Positions 62,587-63,099 of a stretch of DNA of 63,099 bases are shown in pieces. Numbering within the stretch: the stretch's first letter is position 1; each line of letters opens with the position of its first letter. Made by a program: the position numbers and the translations under genes. Source of the DNA: a virus; IMG/VR virus record IMGVR_UViG_3300045988_090624. The stretch is one strand, 5' to 3'. Below the pieces are notes generated by a model, which worked only from the letters and a program-made list of their open reading frames with translations, did not search any database and was not told the DNA's origin.

Positions 62587-62619
62587 TGTCTAAATTTTGA
62601 GGAGTAAATGGTTATTACT
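62587..62619 (+). promoter_or_regulatory. Conserved element A, copy 12
   Basis: TGTCTAAA at 62587 and GGTTATTACT at 62610. Confidence 0.55.
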
Positions 62620-62661
62620 GAGTGTAAAGAAAATAAATCATCCAGAGAGGAGATAAGGAGA

Positions 62662-63099
62662 ATGAAAGCATTTAAAGGATTTAACAAAGACTTAACTTGT
62701 AGAGGTTTTCAGTATGAGGAGGGTAAGGAGTTCCATACAGAGAAAGCTGAGTGTTGTGAGGAGGGGTTCCATGCGTGTGAGTATCCTCTGGATTGTTTTG
62801 GTTATTACAGTCCGGCTCAGAGCGTTTTTCATGAGGTAGAGTTATCTGGAGACATGGATAGAAGAAGTGATGATACAAAGGTATGTGCTACTGATATTAA
62901 GATTGGTGCAAGAATTTCTATTGCTGGGTTGGTAAAAGCGGCTATTGAGTTCACTATGAGCAAGGTAAACAAAGAGGCAAAATCAGACGAAAGACACGGC
63001 TTTGCATCTGCGACAGGGAATTATGGAGCCTCATCTGCGACAGGGTATCGTGGAGCCTCATCTGCGACAGGGGATTATGGAGCCTCATCTGCGACAGGG
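62662..63099 (+). CDS. 5' part of the junction-spanning repeat protein (N-terminal Cys/His-rich globular domain, then GASSATGxx repeats)
   Basis: RBS GGAGATAAGGAG and ATG at 62662. It reads MKAFKGFNKDLTCRGFQYEEGKEFHTEKAECCEEGFHACEYPLDCFGYY... There is no stop before the window end, and the frame and repeat continue at nt 56 onward. Confidence 0.75.
   Translation, partial: MKAFKGFNKDLTCRGFQYEEGKEFHTEKAECCEEGFHACEYPLDCFGYYSPAQSVFHEVELSGDMDRRSDDTKVCATDIKIGARISIAGLVKAAIEFTMSKVNKEAKSDERHGFASATGNYGASSATGYRGASSATGDYGASSATG
63007..63099 (+). repeat. 27-nt tandem repeat (5' side of the array)
   Basis: Same unit as 8..142. Complete units lie at 63025-63051 and 63052-63078, with partial units at both ends. 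Confidence 0.9.

Noticed and set aside
1-63099. tRNA or rRNA genes and transposable elements
   Set aside because: No cloverleaf-like segments with a conserved T-loop (GGTTCGA-type) were seen in the intergenic regions. No transposase or inverted-repeat-bounded insertion was seen. A proper tRNAscan or Infernal run would still be needed.

Overview
The window looks like a complete, circularly closed dsDNA phage genome. Nt 1-55 are identical to nt 63045-63099, so the unique length is about 63,044 bp. Strong AGGAGG-type ribosome-binding sites (RBSs) and the gene content suggest a temperate, PBSX-like contractile-tailed phage of a Firmicute. All convincing genes but one are on the + strand.

Gene order:
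- A repeat-protein gene spans the circular junction.
- A sigma-region-4 (ArpU/RinA-like) regulator and a ParB-like nuclease follow.
- TerS comes next, then an inserted nucleotide-metabolism block (MazG-like, DUF3310-like, ThyX), then TerL.
- Head genes: portal, a MuF head protein with an extra HExxH C-terminal domain, scaffold, capsid and connectors.
- Tail genes: sheath, tube, a chaperone with a -1 frameshift, a 1590-aa tape measure and an XkdP-U-like baseplate.
- A tail fibre is followed by a diversity-generating retroelement (DGR).
- Lysis genes: XhlA-like protein, holin and a multidomain endolysin.
- A large serine recombinase follows.
- Last is a long replication/recombination region: SNF2 helicase, DnaD-like, DnaC-like and DnaB-like proteins, Rha, a Cro-like protein, a leftward CI-like repressor with an operator-rich switch, primase, a phage sigma factor, PolA, a Cas4-like nuclease, a RecU-like protein, a RecA-like protein and radical-SAM/NrdG proteins.

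Main findings:
1. A textbook DGR diversifies the C-terminus of the tail fibre. The 129-nt variable repeat (VR) and template repeat (TR) differ at 24 positions, all at TR adenines. The reverse transcriptase (RT) carries YMDD and IGNYMSQ motifs. No Avd-like accessory gene is visible.
2. A conserved intergenic element, TGTCTAAA-N15/16-GGTTAYYACT, occurs 12 times on the + strand at operon starts. A second conserved element lies upstream of the ParB-like gene just before the packaging block and upstream of the scaffold/capsid genes. Together with the phage sigma factor and the sigma-region-4 protein, these suggest a phage-specific transcription programme.
3. The MuF-HExxH fusion with a small overlapping downstream ORF resembles a polyvalent or polymorphic-toxin arrangement.
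4. A gene is split at an A10 tract.
5. A self-contained unit of sigma-A promoter, secreted-protein gene and terminator has the layout of a moron.
6. nrdG is present with a second radical-SAM gene but no nrdD.

All functional calls come from reading motifs in the supplied translations. No database search was run, so family names are hypotheses.
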